Positions 28,150-38,341 of a stretch of 64,000 nt of DNA are shown here, in pieces. Below the pieces are notes generated by a model, which was not told the DNA's origin, searched no databases, and saw only the letters and a program-made list of their open reading frames with translations. The DNA lies in assembly GCA_964652155.1 (NCBI GenBank), contig CAZZBK010000008.1, positions 15,261 to 79,260 of the forward strand, read 5' to 3'. Source of the DNA: an uncultured Planctomycetaceae bacterium. Its GTDB lineage: Bacteria; Planctomycetota; Planctomycetia; Pirellulales; PNKZ01. The position numbers and the translations under genes were made by a program. Position 1 is the stretch's first letter, and each line of letters opens with the position of its first letter.

Positions 28150-28331
28150 GACAAGAACTCGCAATGCGGAATATGGTCAGACCAATTTAATTCTAGTGAT
28201 AGTCTAGGGTTCTGTCGAGGCGATCGCTATTTAGGGCGAGCAGAAAAATGACCGGAAATGAACGCGAATCCACGGAAATGGGAGAGGAGATTGGAGTTTG
28301 AAATCGATTTCGTCTGGTTCATGGGCGTTTA

Positions 28332-29585
28332 TTACCGTTCATTTCCGGCCATTTTCTCTTCCGAGACCTCCAACGGCCGAACTTCAGTCACCTGCGCGCG
28401 GAGTTGCCCCTGAGCGAGTCGAGTTTCAATCACTTGTCCGAGGGTCACGTCACTTGCCGAACGAACAAGCTTGCCGTCGGCAGAGGTGGTGACGCTGTAA
28501 CCGCGCCCAAGCACGCTCAACGGGCTGAGGGCATGCAACTGGGCGGCCCGTGTTTCAAGCTGTCGGCGGGCGTCGCTCAACCGGCGGTCGATTGCTCGTT
28601 GAGCGCGTGCGATCACCTCGTCGAGCCGCTGCGAGCGTTCATGCATCAGGTCAAAGGGCTTGCGGAATATGCGTCGCGCGGCGAGCGAGTCGAGTTGCTG
28701 TCGGGCTTGTTGCGCACGAGACCGCAGCGCCTGCATCAGCCGTTGCCGTTTCGAGTCCAATTGCGCGAGCAACTCGACTCGATCAGGAACGATTCGCTCG
28801 GCCGCCTCGCTCGGCGTCAGAGCGCGGACATCGGCGACCAAATCCGCGAGGGTGACATCGATCTCGTGGCCCACCGCGCTCACGACCGGAATGCGAGAGG
28901 CGTAAATGGCACGCAGCAGCACCTCCTCGTTGAACGCCCAGAGGTCTTCGAGGCTGCCGCCGCCACGGGCCACGACCAGCACGTCGATCGGCAACGGCAA
29001 TTGATTCGCGATCGCCACGCCGGCTGCAATCTCCTGCGCTGCGCCGTCTCCCTGTACTCGGGCCGGAATCACAAGCACGTCGGTCCCTTGCCAACGGCGC
29101 TGCATGACCTGCAAAAAGTCACGGATCGCCGCGCCGGTCGGGCTGGTCACGATCGCCACGCGCCGCGGGAACCGGGGCAACGGCCGCTTGCGTTCTGGAT
29201 CGAACAACCCTTCGGCGGCGAGCTTTTCTCGCAGCTTGCGCAAGGCCAGCTCAAGAGCGCCGATCCCCTTGGGCTCGATGCGGCGGATCACGAGTTGGTA
29301 GCTACCGCGCGGCGCATAGACCTCGATGTCCCCTTGGCACACGACCTCCAGTCCGTCTTCGAGTGCAAATCGCAATCGCTCGGCGACGTTACGCCAGATC
29401 ACGGCTCGAATCTGGGCGCGATCGTCCTTGAGTGTCAGGTAGCAGTGGCCCGATTGGGGTTGCGAGAAGTTCGAGATTTCGCCGCTGACCCAGACGCCCG
29501 GGAATGACGATTCGAGCAGGTCCTTAATGTTCGCCGTGAGGTCGAACACCGACAGCACAGCAGGTTCGGTCGACTCCGTAGCCAT
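28332..29585 (-). CDS. xseA: Exodeoxyribonuclease VII large subunit
   Basis: 417 aa with an OB-fold N-terminus (VWVSGEISNF..SGHCYLTLKD) and the catalytic region VIPARVQGDGA...RGGGSLEDLWAFNEE. Confidence 0.92.
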   Translation of the reverse strand: MATESTEPAVLSVFDLTANIKDLLESSFPGVWVSGEISNFSQPQSGHCYLTLKDDRAQIRAVIWRNVAERLRFALEDGLEVVCQGDIEVYAPRGSYQLVIRRIEPKGIGALELALRKLREKLAAEGLFDPERKRPLPRFPRRVAIVTSPTGAAIRDFLQVMQRRWQGTDVLVIPARVQGDGAAQEIAAGVAIANQLPLPIDVLVVARGGGSLEDLWAFNEEVLLRAIYASRIPVVSAVGHEIDVTLADLVADVRALTPSEAAERIVPDRVELLAQLDSKRQRLMQALRSRAQQARQQLDSLAARRIFRKPFDLMHERSQRLDEVIARAQRAIDRRLSDARRQLETRAAQLHALSPLSVLGRGYSVTTSADGKLVRSASDVTLGQVIETRLAQGQLRAQVTEVRPLEVSEEKMAGNER

Positions 29586-29749
29586 GATCCATCCGTGAGG
29601 CGTGATCGCGTTCGCAAAGCGATTATCGTCGGGCGAGTGGGCACACTCGTCAAGCTGCCCAAGGAATAAAGAGTCGCCGCACCATCGGGACGGGGCGGTT
29701 CTTGGTATAACGGGACCTCCTCAAAAGCACCCATCAAGGACCGAACCGC

Positions 29750-30235
29750 ATGCGAGTCTATATCGTTCGACACGCCTGGACGCCCGAGGCCGACGAGGTG
29801 ATTTGGCCCGACGATGGCCAGCGTCCACTCACGCCCGAGGGGCAAAAGCGTTTCGACCTATTGGCCAAGAAGCTTGTCAAACGGGGCTTTGCTCCCGCGG
29901 CCATTGCGAGCAGTCCGCTGGTGCGTTGTCGGCAGACGGCGCACATCCTGCTCGATCGGCTCGACAACGCGCCGTCGTTGACGTTGCTCGATGCGCTCGC
30001 GCCGGGGGCGAGCCTGGTGGATGTGTTGCCTTGGCTCGAGCACCATGAGCCAACCGCGTCGGTGTGCCTGGTCGGTCACGCTCCCGACGTGAGCACACTG
30101 GTGAGCGATATGATCGGCGGTGGTCATGTGCCGTTCAACAAAGGAGCCGTGGCGTGCGTCGAGTTTGAGTCGACCGCCGTGGCCGGAGAAGGGGATCTGC
30201 GCTGGTTCGTCAACGCGAAGCTGCTCAACGTTTAA
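29750..30235 (+). CDS. sixA: Phosphohistidine phosphatase SixA-like (histidine phosphatase superfamily)
   Basis: 161 aa. N-terminal YIVRHAWT (RHG/A motif) and VGHAPD. Confidence 0.8.
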   Translation: MRVYIVRHAWTPEADEVIWPDDGQRPLTPEGQKRFDLLAKKLVKRGFAPAAIASSPLVRCRQTAHILLDRLDNAPSLTLLDALAPGASLVDVLPWLEHHEPTASVCLVGHAPDVSTLVSDMIGGGHVPFNKGAVACVEFESTAVAGEGDLRWFVNAKLLNV

Positions 30236-30301
30236 TCAGCCGGTGGGCTGTCTTTACGCGCTCCGCTCCGCGTCGCAGCTAACGAAGGCGGAATGATCGC
30301 G

Positions 30302-31315
30302 TCAGCCCGTCTCGGTCCATAGGCAGCCGGCCCAGGAGAGTCCGACGCCGAAGCCGATGAGCATCGATTGCGTGGCGGGCTTGAGTCGCCCATCGGCTCG
30401 CAAGTCGCGAATCACGATCGGGAGCGTCGACGAGACGGTGTTGCCGTACTGTGCAAGCACAAGCGGCAAGCGTTCCTCGGGCAACTGCAACGCACGCCGC
30501 AGCTCGTCGAGCATTTTGTACGTGGCCTGATGGACGAGAAAATAGTCGATCTGCTCGCGTGACAGGTGGCCGTCGGCGAGCAGTTGCGTGACCAGTTGCG
30601 GCACCTTTTCCAAGGTGAAGTCGACCAGCGCCGGGCCATCCATGCACAACGGACTCGACCAGCGGGGCCGTTTGCTGGGACGGATCGCATCTGTGGTCTG
30701 TCGCGCGCCCCCTTGATTGACGATCAGCGTGTTTGCGCCGGAACCATCGGTGCCGTAACGAAAGCAGCGGAGCGAGGGTGTATCGCCGCGCTCGATCAAC
30801 GTTGCCGCCGCCGCGTCGCCAAAAATGGTTCGCAAGCTGCGGTCGTCGGGATTGATGTACTTGGAGTACGTCTCAGCCGTGACCAGCAAGACGTTGCGGA
30901 CCTGTCCGGCGCGAATCAACGCATCGGCCAGCCCCAGCCCATAAACGAAGCCGCTACAGCCCAGGTTAAAGTCGAGTGCCCCGATATCCTGTCGCAGCTT
31001 GAGTCGGTCCTGCATCAGACAGGCGGTCGTCGGCAACGGGTAGTCGGGGGTTTGCGTGCAAAGCAGCAGGAAGTCAATCGAGTGGCGGTCGATGCCAAAG
31101 TCGCGAAAGAGTTTTTCGCACGCGGCGACCCCCAGGTCCGAGGCGGTCTCGCCCGGCGCGGCGATGTAGCGGGTGTGAATGCCCGTTTTCTCGCCGATGA
31201 GCTGCATATCCCACTTGGGGTTTTCAGCCTGGAGTTGCTCGTTGGTCTCGGCGCGCTCAGGAAAGTGAACGGCGATAGGGCCGATGCGTGCGTGCGTCAC
31301 ACGAGTTCTCGACAA
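30302..31315 (-). CDS. 3-oxoacyl-ACP synthase III-like (KAS III/FabH family)
   Basis: Cys-His-Asn triad context: NLGCSGFVYGL, LVHQAT, YGNTVSSTLP. Start uncertain (TTG at 31315 or GTG at 31300). Confidence 0.85.
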   Translation of the reverse strand: MSRTRVTHARIGPIAVHFPERAETNEQLQAENPKWDMQLIGEKTGIHTRYIAAPGETASDLGVAACEKLFRDFGIDRHSIDFLLLCTQTPDYPLPTTACLMQDRLKLRQDIGALDFNLGCSGFVYGLGLADALIRAGQVRNVLLVTAETYSKYINPDDRSLRTIFGDAAAATLIERGDTPSLRCFRYGTDGSGANTLIVNQGGARQTTDAIRPSKRPRWSSPLCMDGPALVDFTLEKVPQLVTQLLADGHLSREQIDYFLVHQATYKMLDELRRALQLPEERLPLVLAQYGNTVSSTLPIVIRDLRADGRLKPATQSMLIGFGVGLSWAGCLWTETG

Positions 31316-31410
31316 AGCGCGGAAACGAAACCAGAGCGTTGCGCAGATGCTATCACAATGCTGCGCCGAGGGTCAACGGGAGAAGCATCGCCCCCGTCGA
31401 ACAAATCTGC

Positions 31411-32292
31411 CTAGCGCGGCAATAACTCGCTCAAATACCGGCCGTATTCGTTCTTGTAGAGCGCCGCCAGGCGAGCAAGTTGCTCGGCGTCGATGAACCC
31501 TTTGATGTAGGCGATTTCTTCGAGACACGCGACCTTGAGCCCCTGACGCAGCTCGATCGTCTCGATGAAGTTGGCGGCCTGTAAGAGCGACTCGTGCGTG
31601 CCGGTGTCGAGCCAGGCAAAGCCGCGCGAGAAGGTTTGCACATGCAATTGTTGTTGCAGCAAGTACTGACGGTTGACGTCGGTGATTTCGAGTTCGCCGC
31701 GGGGCGAGGGGCGCAAATTGGCCGCGATGTCGACGACTTGGTTGTCGTAGAAGTACAAACCGGTGACCGCGAACTTGCTCCGGGGCTCCTTGGGTTTCTC
31801 TTCGAGCGACAACGCCCGACCGGCGGCGTCGAACTCGACCACGCCATAATGCTGCGGCTCTTTGACGGCATAGGCGAACACCGTCGCGCCCGTATCGACG
31901 CTGACCGCCTCGGCCAACATCTGCTGAAAGCCTTGCCCATAGAACAGGTTGTCTCCCAGCACAAGGCTCACATGGTCGCGGCCGATAAATTGCCGCCCGA
32001 GGATAAATGCCTGCGCCAGCCCCTCGGGCTTGGGCTGCACACAATACTGGATCGAAATGCCCAGCTTACTGCCATCGCCGAGCAACCGCTCGAACGCGCC
32101 GATATCGTTGGGCGTTGAGATGAGCAGCACTTCCCGAATGCCCGCTAGCATCAGCGTTGATAGCGGGTAGTAGATCATCGGCTTGTCGTAGATGGGGAGC
32201 AGTTGCTTGACCACGGCTTGGGTGACCGGGAAGAGCCGCGACCCGGCCCCGCCGGCCAGGATGATCCCCTTGTTGAAGTAGCTCGTGCTCAC
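31411..32292 (-). CDS. rfbA: Glucose-1-phosphate thymidylyltransferase
   Basis: [16 protein letters not shown] motif. A GTG start at 32292 follows GGAGGAGG (32298-32305). Confidence 0.92.
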   Translation of the reverse strand: MSTSYFNKGIILAGGAGSRLFPVTQAVVKQLLPIYDKPMIYYPLSTLMLAGIREVLLISTPNDIGAFERLLGDGSKLGISIQYCVQPKPEGLAQAFILGRQFIGRDHVSLVLGDNLFYGQGFQQMLAEAVSVDTGATVFAYAVKEPQHYGVVEFDAAGRALSLEEKPKEPRSKFAVTGLYFYDNQVVDIAANLRPSPRGELEITDVNRQYLLQQQLHVQTFSRGFAWLDTGTHESLLQAANFIETIELRQGLKVACLEEIAYIKGFIDAEQLARLAALYKNEYGRYLSELLPR

Positions 32293-32519
32293 CGCAACCT
32301 CCTCCGAAAAAGTCGACGCAGCTTGACTGATTCTTACATCGGCTCGGACACGCAACGTCTCGCCAGAATCCGCTCGCGGGGCCGGATATTAACCGGCGGC
32401 GGTCGAGTGTGCCGACGTTATCAATTCTATCGGTCATTTCCATTGCACAAGCGACCCTTGCGTGGTCGAAACCTATCTACAGACGGATTTTGCTCGCATC
32501 GCAGGGAACGTCGACAGCC

Positions 32520-33065
32520 ATGTTCAAGGCTTTTCGCTGGCTCAAAGACCTCACGGTTCGCCACTTCTGGAAACCGCCACGTGATCGCGTGCTGCTCGGG
32601 CCATTGCAGCACAGCAGCGTTCGGCGGGTCGTGATGCTCGGACTCGGCGATTGTGATCGCATCATTCAGCTGCTCAAGGCCGCGAAGGCTCAGAACCACA
32701 TCGAATTTACGGGCATTGATCTGTTCGAGATGCGTCAGGCGGAGCCGCACGTCTCGCTGCGCGAGGCGCACAAGCGGCTCGTGCCGCATGCGAGCAAAGT
32801 TCGTTTGCTGCCGGGCAATCCTTGGTCGGCCTTGTCGAGCCAGGCCAACAACCTGCTCGAAACCGACGTGCTGCTCATCTCGGCCGATCAGGACCCTGCG
32901 GAGCTTGTTCGGGCCTGGTTCTATGTACCGCGAATGCTCAGCACCGCGGCGCAGGTCTACTGGGAGCAGAGCGCCGAGACCGAAGAGAAATTTGCCTGGC
33001 GGCTGGTCGACCGCACCGAGATCGACCGGCTCGCGGCGCAAGCGCGGCCGCGCCGCGCTGCATAA
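32520..33065 (+). CDS. Hypothetical protein, possibly a degenerate class I methyltransferase-like fold
   Basis: 181 aa from the ATG at 32520. VVMLGLGDCDR...FTGIDLFE loosely resembles SAM-MTase motifs I/II. No firm family. Confidence 0.5.
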   Translation: MFKAFRWLKDLTVRHFWKPPRDRVLLGPLQHSSVRRVVMLGLGDCDRIIQLLKAAKAQNHIEFTGIDLFEMRQAEPHVSLREAHKRLVPHASKVRLLPGNPWSALSSQANNLLETDVLLISADQDPAELVRAWFYVPRMLSTAAQVYWEQSAETEEKFAWRLVDRTEIDRLAAQARPRRAA

Positions 33066-33276
33066 GCCGCGCGGTCGTCAAGGGGCACGTCGGATTTTCT
33101 CGACAACATGAAAATTCGCCCGCGCCCCCTTCTCTAACCGGGCTGTCGCACACTATAAGCAAGGTGCCGAATCGGCGACGCGATCGGGCCAGGCGATTTC
33201 TGTTGCTGGCCTGCTGCTTGCCAACGTTCGGTTTGACGTGCGATGTTGTGTTGCATTGGCGAGGACATGCAGGAAT

Positions 33277-33741
33277 ATGGCCGAATATCAGGACGATCGG
33301 GTACGAGTGGCGGCGAGTCCAATTGGTCGGGGCGTATTCGCCGAGCGCGTCTTTCGCAAAGGACAGCGGATTGGCGAGATCTGCGGCACCATCTCCGGTA
33401 GCCTGCAAGCCGCCACCGAGTATTGCATCGAACTCGACGACACGCGATCGCTCGAACCGCATGCGCCGTTTCGTTTCTTAAATCACTCGTGTGAGCCCAA
33501 TTGCGAGCTCTGCTCGTGGGAGTCGAACAAGGCGGATGTCAGCGATCGCGTGTATCTGTACGCGCTGCGGTCGATCAAGCCGGGTGAAGAACTCACGATC
33601 GATTACGCCTGGCCCGCCGATGCGGCCATCCGCTGCCAATGTGGCGTCGCGGAGTGCCGCGGTTGGGTCGTCGACATCGACGAACTGCACAAGGTTGCCC
33701 CACCCAAGCGTTCCAAGCGACTCAGCAAGGCCGGCGTTTAG
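33277..33741 (+). CDS. SET domain protein (putative protein-lysine N-methyltransferase)
   Basis: RFLNHSCEPNCEL, GEELTIDYAW and the post-SET Cys cluster CQCGVAECRGW. ATG at 33277. Confidence 0.85.
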   Translation: MAEYQDDRVRVAASPIGRGVFAERVFRKGQRIGEICGTISGSLQAATEYCIELDDTRSLEPHAPFRFLNHSCEPNCELCSWESNKADVSDRVYLYALRSIKPGEELTIDYAWPADAAIRCQCGVAECRGWVVDIDELHKVAPPKRSKRLSKAGV

Positions 33742-33884
33742 CACCCTCCCCCGGACGCTTTGGCTCCCGCTCGGCTCATCAAGGCCAAGCTGACACCCCG
33801 CTGCAAGCGTACAAGCCGCTCGGGGCAATGCGGCTCGCATGTGGTATGGTTGAGCGACCAACTTACCGCAGAGGGGAATTGCCC

Positions 33885-34883
33885 ATGAGTGCCATTGATA
33901 CAAACGCTAGAGCCGATACCGCCGCTCCCACCATCCTGCTCATCGGCGGCACGGGACAAGTCGGCCGCGAGCTGCTCGCACCGCTCAGCACGCTCGGTCG
34001 GGTGGTCGTCACGACGCGCGGCGGACAGGTGGTGAGCGATTTCGAGACCGTGCAGGCCGACTTAACGCAACCCGAAAGCCTGCGGGGACTCGTGGAGCAC
34101 ATCCGGCCCCGGTTGATCGTCAACGCCGCCGCCTTCACGGCCGTCGATCGGGCCGAGCACGAGGTGGAACAGGCCCGCAAAGTCAACGCCCTATCGCCTC
34201 AGGTCCTGGCCGAGTCGGCCCGACACATCGGCGCTGCCCTGGTTCATTTTTCGACCGACTACGTGTTCAATGGCTCGGGCACGCGCCCCTGGAAAGAGAC
34301 CGATCCGTGCGGGCCGATTAACGTGTACGGCGAGACCAAGCTGGCGGGAGAACGCCTCATCGCCGCGACCGGCTGCGAGCATCTCATCGTACGCACCTCC
34401 TGGGTGTATGCGGCGCATGGTAACAATTTCGTGCGGACAATGCTGCGGGTCGGCGCAACCAAGCCTGAACTGCGGGTCGTGGCCGATCAGATCGGCGCGC
34501 CGACATCGGCTCGGGTAATCGCTCAGCTCACGGCCGAAATCCTGCGACACGCCGGCGGAGATTTCCCCTCGCTGCTGCGGCGTCATGGCGGGGTCGTCCA
34601 CTTGGCCTGCGACGGGGCGACCAGTTGGCATGGCTTCGCGATCGAGATTTTCAATCAGGCCAAGGCACTGGGGTACCGCTTGGCGGTCGAGGAAGTGGCG
34701 GAAATCACCACGCCCGAGTATCCTACTCCCGCACGACGACCGCTGAACTCGCGGCTCGACCTGAGCCGGCTCAACGAGTGGTTCGCGCTGCGTCCGCCGT
34801 CGTGGCAAACCGCCTTGCGCGAGACCTTGCCACCCCTGATCGAAGAGTTGTCGCGCGAACTACGCGAGAGCGCGGCGCGCTGA
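33885..34883 (+). CDS. rfbD: dTDP-4-dehydrorhamnose reductase
   Basis: ILLIGGTGQVGREL, NAAAFTAVDRAE, YGETKLAGE (YxxxK), VRTSWVY. ATG at 33885; the track ORF leader (33639) overlaps the SET gene. Confidence 0.9.
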   Translation: MSAIDTNARADTAAPTILLIGGTGQVGRELLAPLSTLGRVVVTTRGGQVVSDFETVQADLTQPESLRGLVEHIRPRLIVNAAAFTAVDRAEHEVEQARKVNALSPQVLAESARHIGAALVHFSTDYVFNGSGTRPWKETDPCGPINVYGETKLAGERLIAATGCEHLIVRTSWVYAAHGNNFVRTMLRVGATKPELRVVADQIGAPTSARVIAQLTAEILRHAGGDFPSLLRRHGGVVHLACDGATSWHGFAIEIFNQAKALGYRLAVEEVAEITTPEYPTPARRPLNSRLDLSRLNEWFALRPPSWQTALRETLPPLIEELSRELRESAAR

Positions 34884-34921
34884 GCCGTTGCCGATTGCGT
34901 CGTCCCCAGGATTTTGATGCC

Positions 34922-35827
34922 ATGCGTTTGCTCGGAAGCTTCTCGCAACAACACGACGCGCAACGACTCGCCGATTATCTGCTGACGCAAGGCATCTCAA
35001 CGAAACTTGAGGCCGGCACGCCACAATCAAGCGTCTGGGTGCGTGACGAAGCGCAGCTCGCGATGGCCAAGGATATCTGCGCCGACTTTCAAAGCAACCC
35101 TCGCGATCCGCGTTACGACGAGGCGATCGCCACGGCCACGCTGCTGCGGCGCGAAGAAGCTCAGCGAGACGCTGAAGCCCGTCGCAAGATAATCGACGGC
35201 CGCACGCTGTGGACCGGCCCTGGCGCAGGCCCGACGCGAGTCACCTGGACGCTAATCGCCGCCAGCGTCGTGGTGGCATTGCTGACGAGTTTTGGCGATC
35301 TCGCCCACAGCACGCTATTGTATGAGTTGCTCATCGTGCCACCGCCCACGCCATTGGTCCCGAGACCATCGCTGGCCGATGAATTTCGACAGGGGGAGCT
35401 TTGGCGACTCTTCACGCCCGCGCTCATCCACTGGAGCGGCATCCATTTGCTATTCAACATGCTGTGGATGCACGACCTCGGCCGACGTGTCGAGGCGACC
35501 ATAGGACCGGTGATGTTTGCGTTCTTCGTGCTGCTGACCGCCGGTGTGAGCAATCTGGCCCAGTACCTGGCGGTGGGACCCATGTTCGGCGGCATGTCAG
35601 GGGTCGTCTATGCCGTGATCGGCTATGCCTGGATCCAGTCGCGCTTCGGCGGCCAGCGTTGGTTGTACTTATCACCCAACGAGATGTTTTTCGCCGTAGG
35701 CTGGCTGGCACTCGGCGCCTTCGGCATGATCGGACACATGGCGAATTGGGCCCACGGCGGCGGTTTCGTGATGGGCATGGTCATCGCGGCCGCGGTCATC
35801 CAGTGGCGAAAGCTGCGGCAGATTTGA
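34922..35827 (+). CDS. Rhomboid family intramembrane serine protease (GlpG-like, with N-terminal cytoplasmic domain)
   Basis: WRLFTPALIHWSGIHLLFNM and GGMSGVVYAVIGY (GxSG) motifs, plus a His in ANWAHGGG. ATG at 34922. Confidence 0.88.
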   Translation: MRLLGSFSQQHDAQRLADYLLTQGISTKLEAGTPQSSVWVRDEAQLAMAKDICADFQSNPRDPRYDEAIATATLLRREEAQRDAEARRKIIDGRTLWTGPGAGPTRVTWTLIAASVVVALLTSFGDLAHSTLLYELLIVPPPTPLVPRPSLADEFRQGELWRLFTPALIHWSGIHLLFNMLWMHDLGRRVEATIGPVMFAFFVLLTAGVSNLAQYLAVGPMFGGMSGVVYAVIGYAWIQSRFGGQRWLYLSPNEMFFAVGWLALGAFGMIGHMANWAHGGGFVMGMVIAAAVIQWRKLRQI

Positions 35828-35854
35828 TCCGCTCGCGGCGCGCTGGTAGGGTGA

Positions 35855-35961
35855 TTATTGAGGTTCATATAATTAAGTTAACAGGACGACCAGCGGGAGT
35901 CCGTAAATACCGGCCTCGCGTTGCTCGGCCTATTAAGTTTATTATCTGAGGATCAATAGCC
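35855..35961. repeat. ~108-nt intergenic repeat element, copy 2
   Basis: See copy 1 (3978-4085). Same orientation, about 86 % identity by hand alignment. Confidence 0.8.
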
Positions 35962-36014
35962 GTTCCATTCATTCACTCGACGAATCCAACACGCCTTTCG
36001 ATGAGGACTGATCG

Positions 36015-36641
36015 ATGTCTCGTCTGACTGCTTGCGGACTCATTGGCCTGCTGCTGTTCGTGTCGTCGGCGCGAGCCGTCGAGCCCGCCCAATCGCTGTT
36101 CGATGGCAAAACCTTAAAAGGCTGGAAGGTCACCGAGTTTGCCGGACACGGCGAGGTCGCGGTCGAGGATGGCCAGATCGTTTTGCCAATGGGAGACTCG
36201 CTCACCGGCATCACCTACACCGGCGCGCTACCAAAGATCAATTACGAGTTGTCGCTGGAGGCGCGACGCGTCGACGGCGGAGATTTTTTCTGCGGCGTCA
36301 CGTTCCCAGTCGGGGATGATCCGTGCAGTTTTATTGTCGGCGGCTGGGGTGGTGCCGTCGTCGGCTTGTCGAGCCTCGACGACCAGGACGCCTCGGAGAA
36401 CGAAACCACATCGATCCACGGTTTCAAGACCGGGCAATGGTACAAGATTCGAGTTCGGGTGATGAAAGGCAAAATTCAGGCTTGGATTGACGACCAGCCC
36501 GTGGTCGACGTCGACACGAAGGACAAGAAGATCTCGATTCGTGGCGAGGTCGAACTCTCCAAGCCGCTGGGGATCGCCACTTGGCAGACCAGCGGAGCGC
36601 TCCGGAACATCAAGCTCACCCAGCTCGCAGTGCCGAAGTAA
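36015..36641 (+). CDS. DUF1080 (3-keto-disaccharide hydrolase-like) domain protein, secreted
   Basis: Signal peptide followed by LFDGKTLKGWK..., the typical DUF1080 opening. Concanavalin-like size (208 aa). Confidence 0.8.
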   Translation: MSRLTACGLIGLLLFVSSARAVEPAQSLFDGKTLKGWKVTEFAGHGEVAVEDGQIVLPMGDSLTGITYTGALPKINYELSLEARRVDGGDFFCGVTFPVGDDPCSFIVGGWGGAVVGLSSLDDQDASENETTSIHGFKTGQWYKIRVRVMKGKIQAWIDDQPVVDVDTKDKKISIRGEVELSKPLGIATWQTSGALRNIKLTQLAVPK

Positions 36642-36647
36642 GCAGCG

Positions 36648-37397
36648 CTACTTGTCGAGGTACGTCACGAACGTGCGTCCCCACCAGCCAACTTGCATGT
36701 GCGGCTCGAACTTGAAACGGCTCCGTTTCTCGAACTCGCGGAAAGCCTTGGCGGGCCCCGTGACCGGCGAGCCTTTGTAGCCGACAAAATACTCGTCCAG
36801 ATAGAGGATCGTTCCTTCTTGCAGGAACGGCTCGATGAAATTGAACACCGGTACCGCCGACTCGTATAAGTCGCAGTCGACATTGATCAGCGACGCCTTG
36901 ACCCCTTGGGAGAGCATTTTTTGCTGCAAGTCGGTCGTCAGGCTGTCCTGATAAAAGCCTTTGACCGTGTGCACGTGATCGACATAAAGGCCGTGCTCGC
37001 GGATCAACTTCATGAAGCTCGCTTCCGAAGTGGATAACGCACCAGGCACGTAGCTGGTCACGCCCGTGGGCAATTCATGTTCCGGGAGTCCTTCGAAGCT
37101 GTCGAACGCGTAAAACCGCATGACGTCGAGTTGGTGCCGTCGCGCTTCGGTGAGCGCCATGCGAAACGTGCGGCAGCGATGGCAGCCGAACTCGAAATAA
37201 TCGCCACCAACTTCGAGCGACGAGATGAAGTCGAACACGTTGACAAAGAAGGCAAGTCGCTGGGAAATGCGATTGCCTTGATTGTAAATGATTTCGTCAT
37301 TTTTGCTCCAATTCGCGAGCTGTTCGCCATTGGCAATTTCGACCCAAGGTTCTTCTCGCAGACGGCGGATCGCGCTGGTGTCATTGAACTGGTTCAT
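36648..37397 (-). CDS. TylF/MycF-like O-methyltransferase (macrocin-O-MT family)
   Basis: GDYFEFGCHRCRT and INVDCDLYES metal-binding motifs are characteristic of the TylF family. Confidence 0.75.
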   Translation of the reverse strand: MNQFNDTSAIRRLREEPWVEIANGEQLANWSKNDEIIYNQGNRISQRLAFFVNVFDFISSLEVGGDYFEFGCHRCRTFRMALTEARRHQLDVMRFYAFDSFEGLPEHELPTGVTSYVPGALSTSEASFMKLIREHGLYVDHVHTVKGFYQDSLTTDLQQKMLSQGVKASLINVDCDLYESAVPVFNFIEPFLQEGTILYLDEYFVGYKGSPVTGPAKAFREFEKRSRFKFEPHMQVGWWGRTFVTYLDK

Positions 37398-37486
37398 AAA
37401 AGCTTATCTCCAAGCATCTGCAATTTAAGGAACACGTATGATTCAACGGCGCGTCAAGCGACGGTTGCCAGACATGTGCTGCCGTC

Positions 37487-38341
37487 TCACGGCCGCGCCA
37501 TAATGTAATTGGCCAGGCTTGTGCCTCTTCCGGTGGGAATGATCTCTTTGAGCTTCTCAACGTATGCGCGAGATTTGAGCAACGCGTATAACTCGATGTG
37601 TGAGTCGAGCGCCAAATCCAACTCGATATGAATCTCATTGATCGTGCGAAGCGACCGCTCCGCGCCGCGAATGACACTCAACTCGTTACCATCGACATCA
37701 ACCTTGAGTTTGGTGGGCGTAGGCAATTTGAACTGCTCGATAGCGTCGTCCAGCGTCATGACCAGCACGTCGATCCTGCCCGCAATTTCGCTTCCCGGGT
37801 TGATGTACGGGGAGGGCTGATGCACGCTGTGCAGCGCGTCGCCCTTCGAGATCCCTTTGAGGTAGAGCGTGTCCAGGGTCGTAACATCTCCCAGCGCCAA
37901 GCAAAGCGGCGTGCAATTCGCTGAAATCCCGTTGAGGAGCACGTTGTCGTAAAAAAGTTGGGCGTTGTTCATTTCCGCCTCGAATCCGAACGCTCGCACG
38001 CCCCGCTTGGCTGCATACAGGCTGTACGTACCGATATTCGCGCCGATATCGTAAAAGCAGTCATCGCCACTAAACCCGTCAATCCAATGGATGATGCTGG
38101 GTTCGAGCGTCTCGGCTTCCATCGCGCGCCAAAGCAACCGGCCATGACCGGTGCGAAAGCGCAGCTTGACACCACTTTGAAAAGAGGTCTCAATCTGCGG
38201 ATCGAGGCACTGAATGAATTCGTTGCTGAATCGATTCCGGCCGTTCAGTCGCAATACGCCGATGATAGCCCGCGCAAACCAGCGATACAGCCGGATATTC
38301 GGTGTCAATACAAAGGTCGTCTGCTGTGATGGAGTATTCAT
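37487..38341 (-). CDS. FkbM family methyltransferase
   Basis: FYDIGANIGTYSLYAA...AFGFEA pattern. Confidence 0.8.
   Translation of the reverse strand: MNTPSQQTTFVLTPNIRLYRWFARAIIGVLRLNGRNRFSNEFIQCLDPQIETSFQSGVKLRFRTGHGRLLWRAMEAETLEPSIIHWIDGFSGDDCFYDIGANIGTYSLYAAKRGVRAFGFEAEMNNAQLFYDNVLLNGISANCTPLCLALGDVTTLDTLYLKGISKGDALHSVHQPSPYINPGSEIAGRIDVLVMTLDDAIEQFKLPTPTKLKVDVDGNELSVIRGAERSLRTINEIHIELDLALDSHIELYALLKSRAYVEKLKEIIPTGRGTSLANYIMARP

Noticed and set aside
28252-28348. 13-bp inverted repeat CCGGAAATGAACG / CGTTCATTTCCGG as the xseA terminator
   Set aside because: One arm lies inside the xseA coding end, the spacer is 71 nt, and no U-tract follows. It is recorded only as part of the dispersed CGGAAATG motif observation.
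33639-34883. 414-aa version of the RmlD ORF with an 82-aa N-terminal extension
   Set aside because: The extension overlaps the SET gene and is Arg/Gly/Pro-rich. The ATG at 33885 gives the canonical Rossmann N-terminus (ILLIGGTGQVG).
3978-35961. The two 108-nt repeats as boundaries of a 32-kb genomic island
   Set aside because: The interval contains core housekeeping genes (truB, hemB, xseA, tpx, aqpZ). It has normal high GC and no integrase or tRNA. The repeats are more likely dispersed elements than island ends.
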